A stretch of 63,480 bases of DNA, counting the filler, from Saprolegnia diclina VS20 (taxonomy: Eukaryota): assembly GCF_000281045.1 (NCBI RefSeq). It is 7 parts of 2 records of this genome, joined end to end, with 100 filler letters (N's around TTAATTAATTAA, not from the genome) between each part and the next. Parts side by side here need not be neighbours in the genome. Positions count along the whole stretch, not along the records: positions 43,104 to 47,518 come from NW_008246158.1; positions 47,619 to 63,480 come from NW_008246158.1; 5 more parts are not named here. The stretch is one strand, 5' to 3'. Both the position numbers and the translations under genes were made by a program. The first letter of the stretch is position 1. The number at the start of each line of letters is the position of its first letter. Below the pieces are notes generated by a model. That model did not search any database. It worked only from the letters and a program-made list of their open reading frames with translations, and was not told where the DNA came from. Shown in pieces: positions 47,101 to 59,217 of this stretch.

Positions 47101-48985
47101 CAGCGACGAGAACACCAGCCTGAATACTGATGACCGTGACCAGTCTGCTGGAACTACCGATGACCAGAGCCCCACTGGAGCAGGTGACAGCATAGTCCAT
47201 ATCATTGCCGACGCAGACGCGATGCAAGCTGCCGGAGACTGTCACGGGACTCGCCACTTCAACGAGAAAGAGAATGAGCCATGAGAGTAGACTTGCGGTC
47301 GAGCTGTACATTTGAGTGCCATCGCGCGTCAGAAGCACCAACATATCATTGGCCACGTACGTGAGCCACGTTGCCTCACCGGTCACCACAATGGCTTCAC
47401 ACCAGCTCCACGGCGTAGCGATGAACCGGGATGCGCTGGGAAAAGACGATCCAAGCGAAGCTTTGGCCGAACTTAGTAAAATGACTGCTGAAATACCCCG
47501 TAGAAAAGCCAGCGGTCGNNNNNNNNNNNNNNNNNNNNNNNNNNNNNNNNNNNNNNNNNNNNTTAATTAATTAANNNNNNNNNNNNNNNNNNNNNNNNNN
47601 NNNNNNNNNNNNNNNNNNGCGCAAATGTCGGTGGTAGCTAGACTCGAAGTGGCGGCTCGCGCCAACGCCAATGCAATACTCGAGCTGAGTGTTGCGACCA
47701 GTGGTTTGGGTTTCGAGCAGTCGTCATAAAAGTCAAACGACTGTTGGACAAATGGCGTCTTCGGTAAACCCGTGCAAATGGGGTTGCCACCGTAGTACGC
47801 GTGGTGGCGCCACGTCACCGGTGTCAGCACGAGCGTGGCGGGATAGGTTTGCGCCGTCAGCTGAGCTTTGTGCAATTGCGCGCGCGTCGTCGAGTAAGCA
47901 TCACGAAGGGATTGGGGCGGACCCCGATAGAAGCAGTCGACGCTCTGGAATGGACCAATCGTTGCTCGAAAGAGCGCCGATTGGTTGACAAACTGACCCG
48001 AGACGAGCGTGACACCCCCAAACACTTCGGGGTCGACATTCGGCAGCGTCGACGAGAGGTTGGCACCAAAGAAGCGCGACGACCCTCTAATGAGACTGCG
48101 GTTGTTGAACGCTGCAAACCGGAGGTCGTTGAGCGGAATCCAATAAAGGACGATCGACGTGTAGGGACCGGTGCCTTGCGCAAAGTTCTTGATCGACACT
48201 ATCTCCCGCAGGCCGATCGCATTCTCTAGAGTAATGCTTTCCGTGACGCCGGGCTGCCACCGGCTCTGCCACTGCAGCTCAAACCGGTCGAGTGTGTAGC
48301 GGCGCCAATACGTTAGTTCGTCACTGATGCTGGTCGAGGCGCGCGCGGTCGACACTTGACTCAAGAAGGCTTGCCCTTGCGATGTTTCTTGCAGTGCTCG
48401 CTCGTACGCAATGACAAACCGACTGTTGACGCCGCCCCACGTCGCCATGTAGTCGGTCCACACCACGTTTCGCAAAATAGCCTCGAGGTACACGGCGCCG
48501 TTGGTCGCAAACTGGTCCTTGCAGCGCTGTTGACGCGTGGCCGTGTGGGCAATCTCAAACGACTGGTTAAAGTCGAGCCAGCAGTGCTGTGTATTCATGC
48601 GCATCGACCACGCTGCGCTGAGCGTCCGTAGCTGCGGCACGGCGTACTCGATGGTCGTGAGCTCGGTGAAGATGATGTGGCGAGAGTAGGTCGGCGACAC
48701 GCTTGTGGTGGCCGTCGGCGCATTGTAGAGTTTGTTCATATTCGCATCGGTAGCGTAGATGCTGAGGGCCGACGTCGCGGTGAGTGCCAACTGGGCGTTG
48801 ATGAGATCGATGAGCAAGGCTTCGCCCCCCGTGGGCGTCAAGCCGGCCCACCACAGATCATTGGCCAGGCTTGGCGAGAGGAGCGAGAGGTACCAGAGGC
48901 CAATACCGAGCGAGATGACGAGGTAGACAAGAGCTGCGATGACGAGGGCGGGCTGGCGACGCGACGGCGGTGTCGTGACAAACAT
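44103..48985 (-). CDS. Two-module transmembrane-family gene interrupted by two gaps
   Basis: Start MFVTTPP at 48985; module 1 ectodomain 48985-47619, module 1 TM region 47518-46725, module 2 to stop at 44103; join across the linker is inferred. Confidence 0.75.
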
Positions 48986-49012
48986 CGTGTCGCGTTTCGT
49001 TGCTAAAAAGAG

Positions 49013-49650
49013 CGACGGGTCGAGCGCGCATACGGCCGTCAAGTTGCTGCTCGTGGACGTGAGATTCGCAAGGAGGCTGCCGAGAACGTATTGCTGGCGC
49101 GTCGGCTGCAGCTTGGCAGAGACGCCTGTCGCGACCAAGCAAATAGCGTCAAAGGAGAGGAGAAAGGCTTGCCCTTGCGATGTTTCTTGCAGCGCTCGCT
49201 CGTACGCGATGACAAACCGACTGTTGACGCCGCCCCACGTCGCTATATAATCGGTCCACACCACATTGCGCAAAATAGCTTCGAGGTACACGGCGCCGTT
49301 GGTCGCAAACTGGTCCTTGCAGCGCTGTTGGCGCGTGACCGTGTGGGCAATCTCAAACGACTGGTTAAAGTCAACCCAGCAGTGCTGTGTATTCATGCGC
49401 ATCGACCACGCGGCGCTGAGCGTCCGTAGCTGCGGCACGGCGTACTCGATGGTCGTGAGCTCGGTGAAGANNNNNNNNNNNNNNNNNNNNNNNNNNNNNN
49501 NNNNNNNNNNNNNNNNNNNNNNNNNNNNNNNNNNNNNNNNNNNNNNNNNNNNNNNNNNNNNNNNNNNNNNCAAGAGCTGCGATGACGAGGGCGGGCTGGC
49601 GACGCGACGGCGGTGTCGTGACAAACATGGTGTCGAGTCTTGTTGCTAAA
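49013..49650 (-). other. Mosaic duplicate of neighbouring transmembrane gene segments
   Basis: 49013-49163 copies 45336-45486; ~49164-49470 copies ~48365-48672; 49571-49650 copies ~48928-49010. Confidence 0.8.
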
Positions 49651-49772
49651 AAAGAATATTATGACGCGAAACTCCCCCAAAAAAGGCTATTGAGGACAAA
49701 ATAACAGCCTTAGCGATCGTCATGCATTGGGTGGAAGAGCGCAATACGTCTTCCCTTGGAATAGCCCGTGGC

Positions 49773-51026
49773 TCACCGTATAACGAGCGACGGCATGGAC
49801 GCGACCGCGGTGCGCAGTGCCGACGCCGACGCTTGGTTGTACACGCCGCGAATCTCAAGGGCACGCAGCGCCATGCAGCGTGGAAGGGCCACCGACAGAG
49901 CCATCGCGCCGATGTCGTCGATCAGCGCCATTTTGAAGCGCAGCGTCGACAAGGCGGGCAGCGATGGCAGCACGGCCATGAGTGACGTCGCGTCACCGAC
50001 CGCAATGCCTTTGAGCTCCAAACACGCAAGGCGCGTCATCGTCGGCAAGATGGACGCAAGCTGCTGGACAAACGTACTTGGGCACAAGACATTGTTGGCT
50101 GCCACACGAAGCCTTTGCAGTCGCGTCGCCGACACTAGCGAGACACAGAGGTGGCGCGCGAGAGTCTCGGACGACACATCGAGCGGCGTATCCGAAGTGG
50201 TCCACCGGAACACGCGCAAGGTGGGCGGCAGCGGCTGCCCGTGGAGACCCGACGCGTTGAAGAACGGGGTATTCTTGATCTCGAGTTCTTCCAGCGAGCT
50301 CGACTGCGATAGCGCACTAGCGAGCGCGGGCCCGAGACCGTCCCGTCCGGTCTCGTCCATCGCAAGGTTGCAGTGCACGAGTCGAAGCGACTTGGCGTCG
50401 CCGTTGGCCAGCCAGGCAATGAGGCTGTGAACGCAAGAGGCAGCGAGTTTGGAAACAGCAAATTCACAACCCTCCACATCGACATGGACGAGGCGCGGAA
50501 GGTGGGCCATCGCAGTGAGGACCGTGTCGACGTTGGCGAGGTCGCCGTCAAAGTCGTCCCAATCGGCGACCGTGACACGCAGCGTGTGCAGTCGGGGGCA
50601 CTTTAGAAGCGCGTCACGCAGGTTTGCACCGGCATTTGGCGGCGACTGCGCCGCATCGATAAAGTCCATGGTCGGCGCGAGCTCCACCGACGTGACGAGG
50701 TGCGAAATGGGCTGGACGTACTGCGTAAACTCGGCAAGATTGCTGATGGTCACCGAGACGCCTGGGACAAAGGGTGCGGCGGCCGCGAGGTACGTGTGGA
50801 TTGGCGCTGCATCCGTGTTGTGGTAGCGCAAGTGGTAGCCATTCAAGGACATGGTGAACTTGGAGAAAGTGCAGCGCCAGAGGGCGCCGCGCTTGTTCTG
50901 GCCCCACGAGCGGACGTACTGCATTGCCGGCGTGTGCTCGGGCAGCACGTCGAGAAGGGTAGAGAGCGCCGCATACGACGGTATGTACGACGCAATGTGC
51001 TCGACCGTCTCGAGTGCTAGAAGCAT
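49773..51026 (-). CDS. RNI-like leucine-rich repeat protein
   Basis: F-box-like start (VEHIASYIP), CPRLHTLRV, LPRLVHVDV, SSLEELEI, LPALSTLRF, IDDIGAMALSVALP; 3' end uncertain. Confidence 0.75.
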   Translation of the reverse strand: MLLALETVEHIASYIPSYAALSTLLDVLPEHTPAMQYVRSWGQNKRGALWRCTFSKFTMSLNGYHLRYHNTDAAPIHTYLAAAAPFVPGVSVTISNLAEFTQYVQPISHLVTSVELAPTMDFIDAAQSPPNAGANLRDALLKCPRLHTLRVTVADWDDFDGDLANVDTVLTAMAHLPRLVHVDVEGCEFAVSKLAASCVHSLIAWLANGDAKSLRLVHCNLAMDETGRDGLGPALASALSQSSSLEELEIKNTPFFNASGLHGQPLPPTLRVFRWTTSDTPLDVSSETLARHLCVSLVSATRLQRLRVAANNVLCPSTFVQQLASILPTMTRLACLELKGIAVGDATSLMAVLPSLPALSTLRFKMALIDDIGAMALSVALPRCMALRALEIRGVYNQASASALRTAVASMPSLVIR

Positions 51027-51435
51027 CGGTCCAGGCTGGTCCAATGACTGGCATGAATGATGGTGTTTTTAGACCAGCAATTACACACCGCTTGTCTGTA
51101 GGCCAGAAAGGACGCAACATAACAACATGTGGCCTCGTGGCAGCTGAATCTCAATATCAAACCCAACTTTTGCACCGAGGTTTGGTGAAGCACCAGCATT
51201 GAAAGTCATTTCACGTCCTTCCCACGTTCGTGTCCACGGCCCAGCCGACGCGCCGAGCGTCATCAATGTCATTAGAGCACTGAAAATGATACGGGGAAGG
51301 ACCCACAGCCAAGCGAGCGACCACTGCCACCGCCCCTTCGGACTTTTGCGATACAAATATGTTATTATGGTATACACCTAGAAAAAATGTACGCGACATG
51401 TCAGTCAGGCCGTGACGCGGCGATGCCGACAAGCG

Positions 51436-53142
51436 CTAGGCGGGGTAGCTGCCCGAGACGACGCCAGGCGAGTTGCTCTTGTCGCCGAGTTTGTTCTTGA
51501 GCCAGCACGTGCCACTGTTGATCGCGAACCCGACGCACCCGCTTGTCGATGCGCAGCCGTTGCAGCACTGCGTGCGCTGCGACAGATCGTCGCCGAGGAC
51601 TTGGAAGCTGGCAATGTCGTTGCCATAATAGTCGGTGTTGCTCGCAATGCTGCCGCACTGCGCCTTGCTGCCCGCCGACGCCGAAATGCAGTCGGGACAG
51701 AGCGTCGGGTTGAGGAGCTTGCTCTTGAGCCAGCACATGTCACCGTGGACTGTGAAGCCCATGCAATCAATTTTCTGCGTACAGGCACTGCAGCACGCCG
51801 ACACCTTGTCTTGGTCGGTGCCCGAGACGTAGAGGTTACCGAGGTCGTTGCCGTAGTAGTCGATTCCGGTTTGAACGTTGGCGCACTGACCGCCGTTCAG
51901 AGGCGGGGCTTGCGTCGGGTACGACGGGCCACTAAATGCCGCCGAGAGGCAGTTGGGGCAACTGGTGGCGACGTCGAGTTTGCTCTTGAGCCAGCACATG
52001 TCACCGTTGACTGTGAAGCCGTTGCAACCGATGGTCGTCGTACAGGCAGTGCAGCAAGCCGTCACTCTGTCCTGGCCGCTGCCCGAGACGCGGAAAAGGC
52101 CGAGGTCGTTGCCGTAGTAGTCGACCTGCTCTTGAACAGTCCCGCATTTGCCGCCGTTCAGAGGCGGGGCTTGCGTTGTCGTCGAGGTGACGAAGGACGC
52201 CGAAATGCAGTTGGGACAGGTGCTCGCATTGACGAGTTTGCTCTTGAGCCAGCACGTCTCGCCGTTGATGGTGAAGCCGTTGCAACCGATGGTGGTCGTG
52301 CAGGCAGTGCAACAGGCCGTCACTTTGTCTTGGTCGGTGCCCGAGACGTAGAGACTGTTGACGTCGTTGCCGTAGTAGTCGACGCCGATCGCCACGTTGG
52401 AGCACTGACCACCGTTCAATGGGGCCGATGTCGACGACGAAGTCGTCGCTGGCGCTGGCGCGGGGGCGACGGTGGGTGTCGTCGCTGGCGCGGGGGCGAC
52501 GGTGGGTGTCGATCCCTGCTCGTTGCCTTGCAGTGGCACGCAGTTTTCTACTCAGAGTCACACGTTCATCGCCAACACTTATGAAACGGAGCGCGTACTG
52601 TAGACTTGCCACTGGGGCTGGTGCAGCGCAAGCCAATAAAAGCGCAACATGCACCCGTTCGGACCACATTTTGTATAGTCCACCGGCAGTCGTGCTGCGG
52701 GGGCAGTCGGAAAGTTGGTGGCGCAGTTGTCGTTTTGAAACACGCGGTTGTTGTCGAGCCAGATCTCGCACGGACCCGTGTGGCTCGGAATGAACCCCTC
52801 GCCCGTGTCCGGGTTCTGCCACGTCATCATGCCATCGGAAGGAATCGGCTTGGGAGCGACATTTGTCCGCGTGTTGCCGCAGTCTGGGCCGCTCAGGTCG
52901 AGTAAATCACGAAGTGTCTTGTACTGCGACTGGGCAGCAAACGCCTTGTTGAAGTTGGCGACGTTGGTCGCGGGCGAGTCGTCAAACTTGCCAGGTAAGA
53001 ACGCTTGGATCGTGGCCACATACGTTGTTCGCATCACATCCGGTATAAATTCGGCCATCGGACTCGAAATGACACCGTGCCCAGAGACACGAGGCAACGC
53101 GAGCGCAAGAAGAAGAAGAAGGGTCGTTTGCAGCTGCACCAT
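51436..53142 (-). CDS. Secreted AA17-like lytic polysaccharide monooxygenase with P/T linker and four PAN/Apple domains
   Basis: Signal peptide MVQLQTTLLLLLALALPRVSG then His1 (HGVISSP); SHTGPCEIW; FYWLALH...WQVYKNC across a 51-nt intron (52548-52598); four DYYGND...CC..C....GC.GF......CWLK repeats. Confidence 0.85.
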
Positions 53143-53816
53143 CGTATCCAAGGCCAAAACAAATGTGACGTCCATGTCCTCGAGATCGTCGGTGCAGCAT
53201 CCGAGTGGTTTCGACTCGTCGTCAGTTTATTCGCATCGTCAAAGCACGTTCCCAAGGTTTACGGTTCAGGTTCGGATCTTGCTGACCATCGCACGAACGC
53301 CACCAAAGAATGCGCGCAGAAGAAACGCTACCTGTGGCGAGTCGAGTGCATTTGCCAACCACATTCGGTGCTATTTCAAAACGCCAACGGTCTCATTCCG
53401 CGCAAAATCGAGTCGTGCGGCATCTCTTCTCACAAAGCTCGAGTACGATGGTACCTGTCCCTCCTGCCAGCGGGGCATACACGATGTTGAAACTTTGGAC
53501 CGTTGGTCGCATACAGTGGTGGGGCACTGATGGGAGTCTAACCCACTTCAACACCGCTAGCCGCTAGCCGATGAGTGGTATTCCAAGTTTAACGCAAACT
53601 TGCGTCTCAAGGTATGCCTTGCTGGACTAGAGACGTGGTGTACGCGTCAATCAGTGACTAGGGTTAACCTCGTGTTTTCTTGGGGCAGGTTTTGGTCGAG
53701 CTCTTTGGTTAAGGTTTTGCATTGGGGGAGCGCAACAGCTTGCTGCAGCTTCGTGGAATGAGCAACCCCGATACAATGTGTACTAGTAGCATATATGTAC
53801 GGCGTCGTTATCGTAT

Positions 53817-55530
53817 CTAAGGAGCTTTGCGGTGCTGCGTCACGGGCCCATGGTTGGTCGCGTGGTTGCCGTTAAAGACGACGCCATTCGTAGTGTAATT
53901 GTTGGTGATGGTGGTGCGAGGCCGCTTCTTGGCCTCTATAATGAACGCAACCACTTTTGCATGCCCATTTTTTTTGGCCAGAAAAAGCGGCGTCGCTGCG
54001 TCCTACATGAATATTTTCTCTCTTTTCACCGATTCATCCCAAATATATATGTACCGTCATGGCGGCGTCGATGTTGGCGCCTTCGCCAATGAGAAACGCG
54101 ACCACGTCCAAATGCCCCTTCTCCGCAGCGATTGAGAGTGGGGTTTGGCCGTCCTATGAGTCCAATTCTGAACCTCAAGTCATGGAACCCTATACCTACG
54201 TTGTCGCCGTGGTCGAGCATTGCTTTTTTGGCCACGAGCAAATGAAGCACCAAGTCTCGACCTTTTTGGGCGGCGATCCAGAGCGGTGCCCGGCCAAGCT
54301 AGGGTACAAATCACCATTCATCGTTCTATCCACTGGATACTACCGTATCGACTTGGTTGACACAAGCCCCCGCCGCGAGCAAGCGGCGCACGACAACATC
54401 GTGTCCGTACTCGGAGGCTATAAACAGCGGCGATTTTCCCAACTAGAGTTATAGTTCACCAAGATTAGCGAGCAAAAGGCGGCAGCCGAGACGTACGCGA
54501 TTGGCTAAATTGACGTCGGCGCGCGCCTTCAACAGGTGTTGAACCACGGCGTCGCACCCGTACTCGGACGCTGCATACAGCGGGGTTTCGCCTTCCTACA
54601 TCCAGTACATCAAACACTGTAGAAAACAGAGTATCCAAAGACAAACGTGTTGGCACAGGTTGACACTGGCGTTGGCAAGAAGCAGGCGCTGGACGACGCT
54701 CTCAAACTTGCGGACCGACGCCGCGTACAGCGGTGTCTCTCGTAACTAGCCAAAGTGTCCATTATTGTCGTATAGATGAGGACGCCGGACGGTACGTTGG
54801 TGCTTTGATCGACGTTAGCCCCCACTTCCAGTAGACGTTTGACTATGGCCTCGCGTCCACCCGCCGCCGCATGGTACAGCGGTGTCCACTCGTTCTGAGA
54901 AGATGTAGGCAAAATCCTAGCCTGTTGGACGTACCAAGGCGCTTTGGTGGATATTAGCCCCCGCGCTGAGAAGCAATTGTACGATGACGTCACTCTTGCT
55001 GGCGGCCACCCACAGCGGCGATTGGCCAAACTAACGCGTAGCAACCATAGTCGACGATCGAGTACATCATGCGACGTACGTTATTGCTAATGTGGACGTT
55101 GGCGTTGGCACCGAGAAGCCGCCGCACCAGCGCTTCACGGCCGTTGTGGCAGGCCATGAACAATGGCGTCCGGGTGTCCTATGGCCAAGGCATCGGGAAG
55201 GCGGCTGCGACCAAGATATGTATACTTCGTCGCCGAGGTTGACGTCCGCGCCAGCGTCGAGGAGGCAGCGCATCGCGCTTTCGTGGCCTCGATCGGTTGC
55301 GATCCACAGTGGCGATTGTCGTTGCTACAAGGCGAGCACGGATATCGAGACCAGCTGTACTAGTAGTTGCGCGTACCATGTTGAGGTAGTTGCGGTCGGC
55401 GCCGCCGCGCAGGAGGCTTGCCACGTCAGCCTCTTTGCCGTGATAGGCTGCCCACCACAAGTCGGATCCGGATGCGTTCTACGCGCTCGCGTCAGAGAGG
55501 TATTCGCCGTCCTCGGTCACGCACGCCCAT
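53817..55530 (-). CDS. Ankyrin-repeat protein, 12 exons, complete
   Basis: ATG GGC exon, then 11 ankyrin-bearing exons, all separated by phase-0 GT-AG introns; TAG at 53817-53819. Confidence 0.9.
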
Positions 55531-55856
55531 GCGGCCTGTCGAGCTTCCGACAAAAGTGGTGAAAATGATAGTCCGGTTAACCATTTGTTTATCCGGATGA
55601 TTGGGATCCGGGTCCTCGTCGAGCAGAACACATCGCCTGCAAGCCGACGACCAATGACTTATCCACACGCTTCCTCTCATTTAAATATGTCTCTGTGGTA
55701 GGGACACTGCGACCGTGGCGTCGGTGCAGAGCTCCACTGTGGCCGCCATGCACTGTCTTGGCAGCAGCATAAACCTGTGGACCAATCACATCACGATCTT
55801 ATGGACCAATCACCTGCAGCCATTCCAAAACACAGTTTTAACAAACACAAAAAAGC

Positions 55857-57314
55857 ATGGCGATGAAGCGCAAGCGAGTCCACGCCGCCGCCGCCGCCGC
55901 CATGGTGCTGGACGTGACGGCCATCTCGCTCCTACAGTACCTGGACGCTTGGGACGACGCACTGGCCTTGCTACAGGCCCTGCCAGCAGCGACAATGAGC
56001 GCGCCACTGGCGGCGACCAAGGAGCTCTTGGCGACGTCGCCGGCCGCTGTCGACCAATGGCCCACGATCTGCATCGAGAGGCTCGAGGCCGCGTCTGTCG
56101 AGCTCGCCTTCGTCGCGCTCCCAGCGCTCCCAGCGCTTGAGATCCGCGAGCGGACGCTCTTTGTTGATCGCCTCCAAGGTCGGTTCCGCGACCTCGAGGC
56201 CTTTCTGAGCGCGCATGCGTCCAAGATTGTGGCCATCCACGAATGCGTCGACGACCAGAGCATTGAGGACATGCTGCGTATTCTACCTCGCTGCTCGCAC
56301 CTGGAGCGATTGGAAGCTACGCTCGACGTCTATGGCGCGCTGCTGCCCCACCTCGGGCCCCGTGTGCACTGCGTGCGGCTCGAGCCCGGCGACGTCGCAC
56401 CGACGTATGCGGCCGCTGCGCCATTGCTTCCGTGGCTGGCGCAAGGACGCGTGAGGAACCTACGTCTGTTGCGCATCGACGAGGCGGACGGCGCGACGAG
56501 CTTTGCAGCGGCGCTGGCGACCGCCACGTCGGTGACGCACATTGATTTAGACGAGTCGGAGGCCATCGTCCGAGCCCTTGTCGCTGCAGGCAAGCCATTG
56601 TACCACTGGCAAGAGATCACGCTTGGCCATCTTCTCACGTCGTCGGACGTTGCTGGCCTCGTCGCGCTCCTCGACCTCGGTCGACTGACGCGCTTGGACA
56701 TTTTTGCTACGGATGATATGAGCTGCGTCTTGGAGGCGCTACCGCACATGTCTCAGCTGCACAAATTAAGTCTCTGCGACGGCTCGCTCGATGCGATGCC
56801 AGCGACGCTACCGCCACCAAGTGGCCGCCTCGCTCGACTCACGCTGCGGGCGATGCAGCTCTCGACCGAGGCCGTTGCCACGATTTTGCGCTGGACGCTG
56901 CAGCTCCAACAACTCGAAATGATCCACCTGGACGGGATGCACTTGTTTGACGAGCACCCAGAGCTTGCTTTGTAGGCTGTGGAGTACTGGGTCCTTACAC
57001 TAAGTGCTCCGCTCGTCACGCTACAGGACTGCAACATGGGACGGGCCGGTGTGCGTGCGGTCGTGTCGGTGCTAAGAGACAGGCTGTCGTACGGAGGCCC
57101 GCTGGATATGGACCTCTCGGAGAACGAATTGGGGTCTCTCGACTACTTGTACCTGCTCAGTGCGCTGGCGGCATCGACGGCCACGACGCTGCAGTTCAGC
57201 ATCGATGACAATGACATCTTCCTCGTCCGTACCCTTGCCGACGAGCGGTCGATCCGTGTTGATACGCGTCCGACAGATTTCGGACTTGTCTATATCTTTA
57301 AAAGCCCACAATAA
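55857..57314 (+). pseudogene. RNI-like LRR paralog with one in-frame TAG
   Basis: TAG at 56973-56975; the same frame continues (AVEYWVLTLSAPLVTLQDCNM...) and aligns with the paralog at 61466-62902. Confidence 0.75.
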
Positions 57315-57583
57315 AATTTCAGAACGAATTGTGCGAATCATACATCCGTGATTCTACTATGTACAATGTACGTCCAAATATACTGTACCTCACCCTCCAG
57401 ACATTCGAAACGTGGCCTTGCCCAATCAGATCTCATATTTCTAATGTTATTCTATACTACAAGTAGTCACTTGTCTCGACTATTGCCGGACGCAAGATCG
57501 AATTGAAATAACCTGCCGCCGCCATTTTGAAACGCGATGGCCACCAACGAATGCACCGTATTGGAGGCTCTTCGCTGTCCTTG

Positions 57584-59050
57584 ATGAACGCCAAGCGCCG
57601 CCATCTGGCGCCCGCATCGGTCATGGCCGTGGACCACATTGTCCACTTGATCGTCCAGTGCATTTCCTCGCCGCAGGACGTCGTCGCCTTTCTACGTGCT
57701 ATACCCGCGCCGTTGCTCTCAGCACCGCTCACAGCGCTGCTAGCACTTCTCTCGACGTCGTCACCGACGGTCCTCGGCCATTGGCCCGCGATGATTCTGG
57801 AGAGAGTCGACGCGCGGTGCTTGGACCTCGCACTTGACGCACTCGCAGCGCTGCCGGCGATTCGCATTTCGTCCTACGAGGCGCTTGAGCGGGCGCTCAC
57901 CGGTCGCTTTCCAGATCTGGCCGCGTTCACAGCGGCGTGGCCGACCAAGGTCACGCATCTCGACCACGACATTGACGCCGACGACGTCGACGACGTAAGA
58001 TGCTTTGTCACGCACTGCACGCATCTCGACTACATGTGTGTTCACGTGGACGCCTTTGCAGAGCTATTGCCGTTTCTGCCGTCAAGCCTCCGTCATGTAC
58101 TGTTGACTGGCTGCGGCGACGACCCTTTTGCCCCACCGAGGGACGACGACAACGACAACGACGATGATGATGATCATGAGAATGGCGGTTCGAACCTCGC
58201 TCCGTCTTTGCTGCAGTGGCTTGAGAATGGCAAGAACAACAACAAGCACGTCAGCTTTGATGCTAAGCTGGGCAAGGCCGAGGCGGCTGCGATTGCTAAC
58301 GTACTTGCATTGACGTCGTCGATGGCAACCCTCGAGATAGACGAGTCGCACCAACTCGTTCAGGCGCTTCTTGCCAGCACCACGCCACGTTTGCATGTGA
58401 CAAGCTTTCTGCTCCATCAAGCGTCAGTCCGAAATGCAATGCTCCTTGTGACACGCCTGCATCTCACCAGCCTCACGCGGCTCGAGATCGAGGCCGTGAG
58501 TGACCTCGGCTGGGTCCTACCGCTGCTTGCGTCGATGCCGCACCTCGAGGAGCTTGCGCTTGGCTATGGTCAACTGCACGAGATACCAGACGCGCTAAGC
58601 GAAGCGACTCCACGTCTGCGCAAGCTGGCACTGAGCGGCGTTGACGTGTCCGACCAAGCGTTTGACGCGCTCTTCCAGTGGACCTCTGGCTTGCAGCAGC
58701 TGCGATCGGCCATCTTCCGCGGCATCTCTCTGAATCGACAGCGGTTTTCGCTGCAACTAATGACGCCGGGTCAATGGGTCGTCGCCGCCGGCATCGACAG
58801 CTTGAGCCTCGTCAGCGGCCAGACCATGTTGGCGCCGTCGCGCGAAGGCCATGCGATAAGTGGTGTGACGGTCAGCGCTCTTGTTCGAGCTCTGTCACAC
58901 GTTATCAACACCACGTTGCGCTTGGCAATGAACGTGAAAGCCGAGACGTTCAAGCAAGTCGCTCGCGATGCCTGGCTGGACTTTGGCGTCGCGATACTTC
59001 CTCGCGACGGCAGCGAGTACGATCTCTGTAGCCCAGATTATTGTCGCTAA
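57584..59050 (+). CDS. RNI-like LRR paralog (intact)
   Basis: MNAKRRH..., family block PLTALLALL...WP.MILE...LALDALAALPAI, LxxLxL repeats. Confidence 0.8.
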   Translation: MNAKRRHLAPASVMAVDHIVHLIVQCISSPQDVVAFLRAIPAPLLSAPLTALLALLSTSSPTVLGHWPAMILERVDARCLDLALDALAALPAIRISSYEALERALTGRFPDLAAFTAAWPTKVTHLDHDIDADDVDDVRCFVTHCTHLDYMCVHVDAFAELLPFLPSSLRHVLLTGCGDDPFAPPRDDDNDNDDDDDHENGGSNLAPSLLQWLENGKNNNKHVSFDAKLGKAEAAAIANVLALTSSMATLEIDESHQLVQALLASTTPRLHVTSFLLHQASVRNAMLLVTRLHLTSLTRLEIEAVSDLGWVLPLLASMPHLEELALGYGQLHEIPDALSEATPRLRKLALSGVDVSDQAFDALFQWTSGLQQLRSAIFRGISLNRQRFSLQLMTPGQWVVAAGIDSLSLVSGQTMLAPSREGHAISGVTVSALVRALSHVINTTLRLAMNVKAETFKQVARDAWLDFGVAILPRDGSEYDLCSPDYCR

Positions 59051-59217
59051 AACTAAGAATTTGCACAATCTAAATAACGTTATAGCAATAATGGTATATC
59101 CTTGCATCGGACCTCTCAAAAGCTCGCCTGGCACACCCGGCACTTGGAACGTCAATGCGCCAACAGCGCGAACTGTGAAGCAGGGCCCGATGTGCACAGT
59201 TATCCGGAAAGTGCAAC

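Noticed and set aside
49013..49650. Chimeric 685-aa ORF as a novel shuffled gene
   Set aside because: Made of near-identical copies of adjacent segments beside a gap; probably haplotype or assembly mosaic
56973..56975. In-frame TAG as recoding or a tiny intron
   Set aside because: Paralog alignment fits a single sense-to-stop change, and TAG ends other genes in this window
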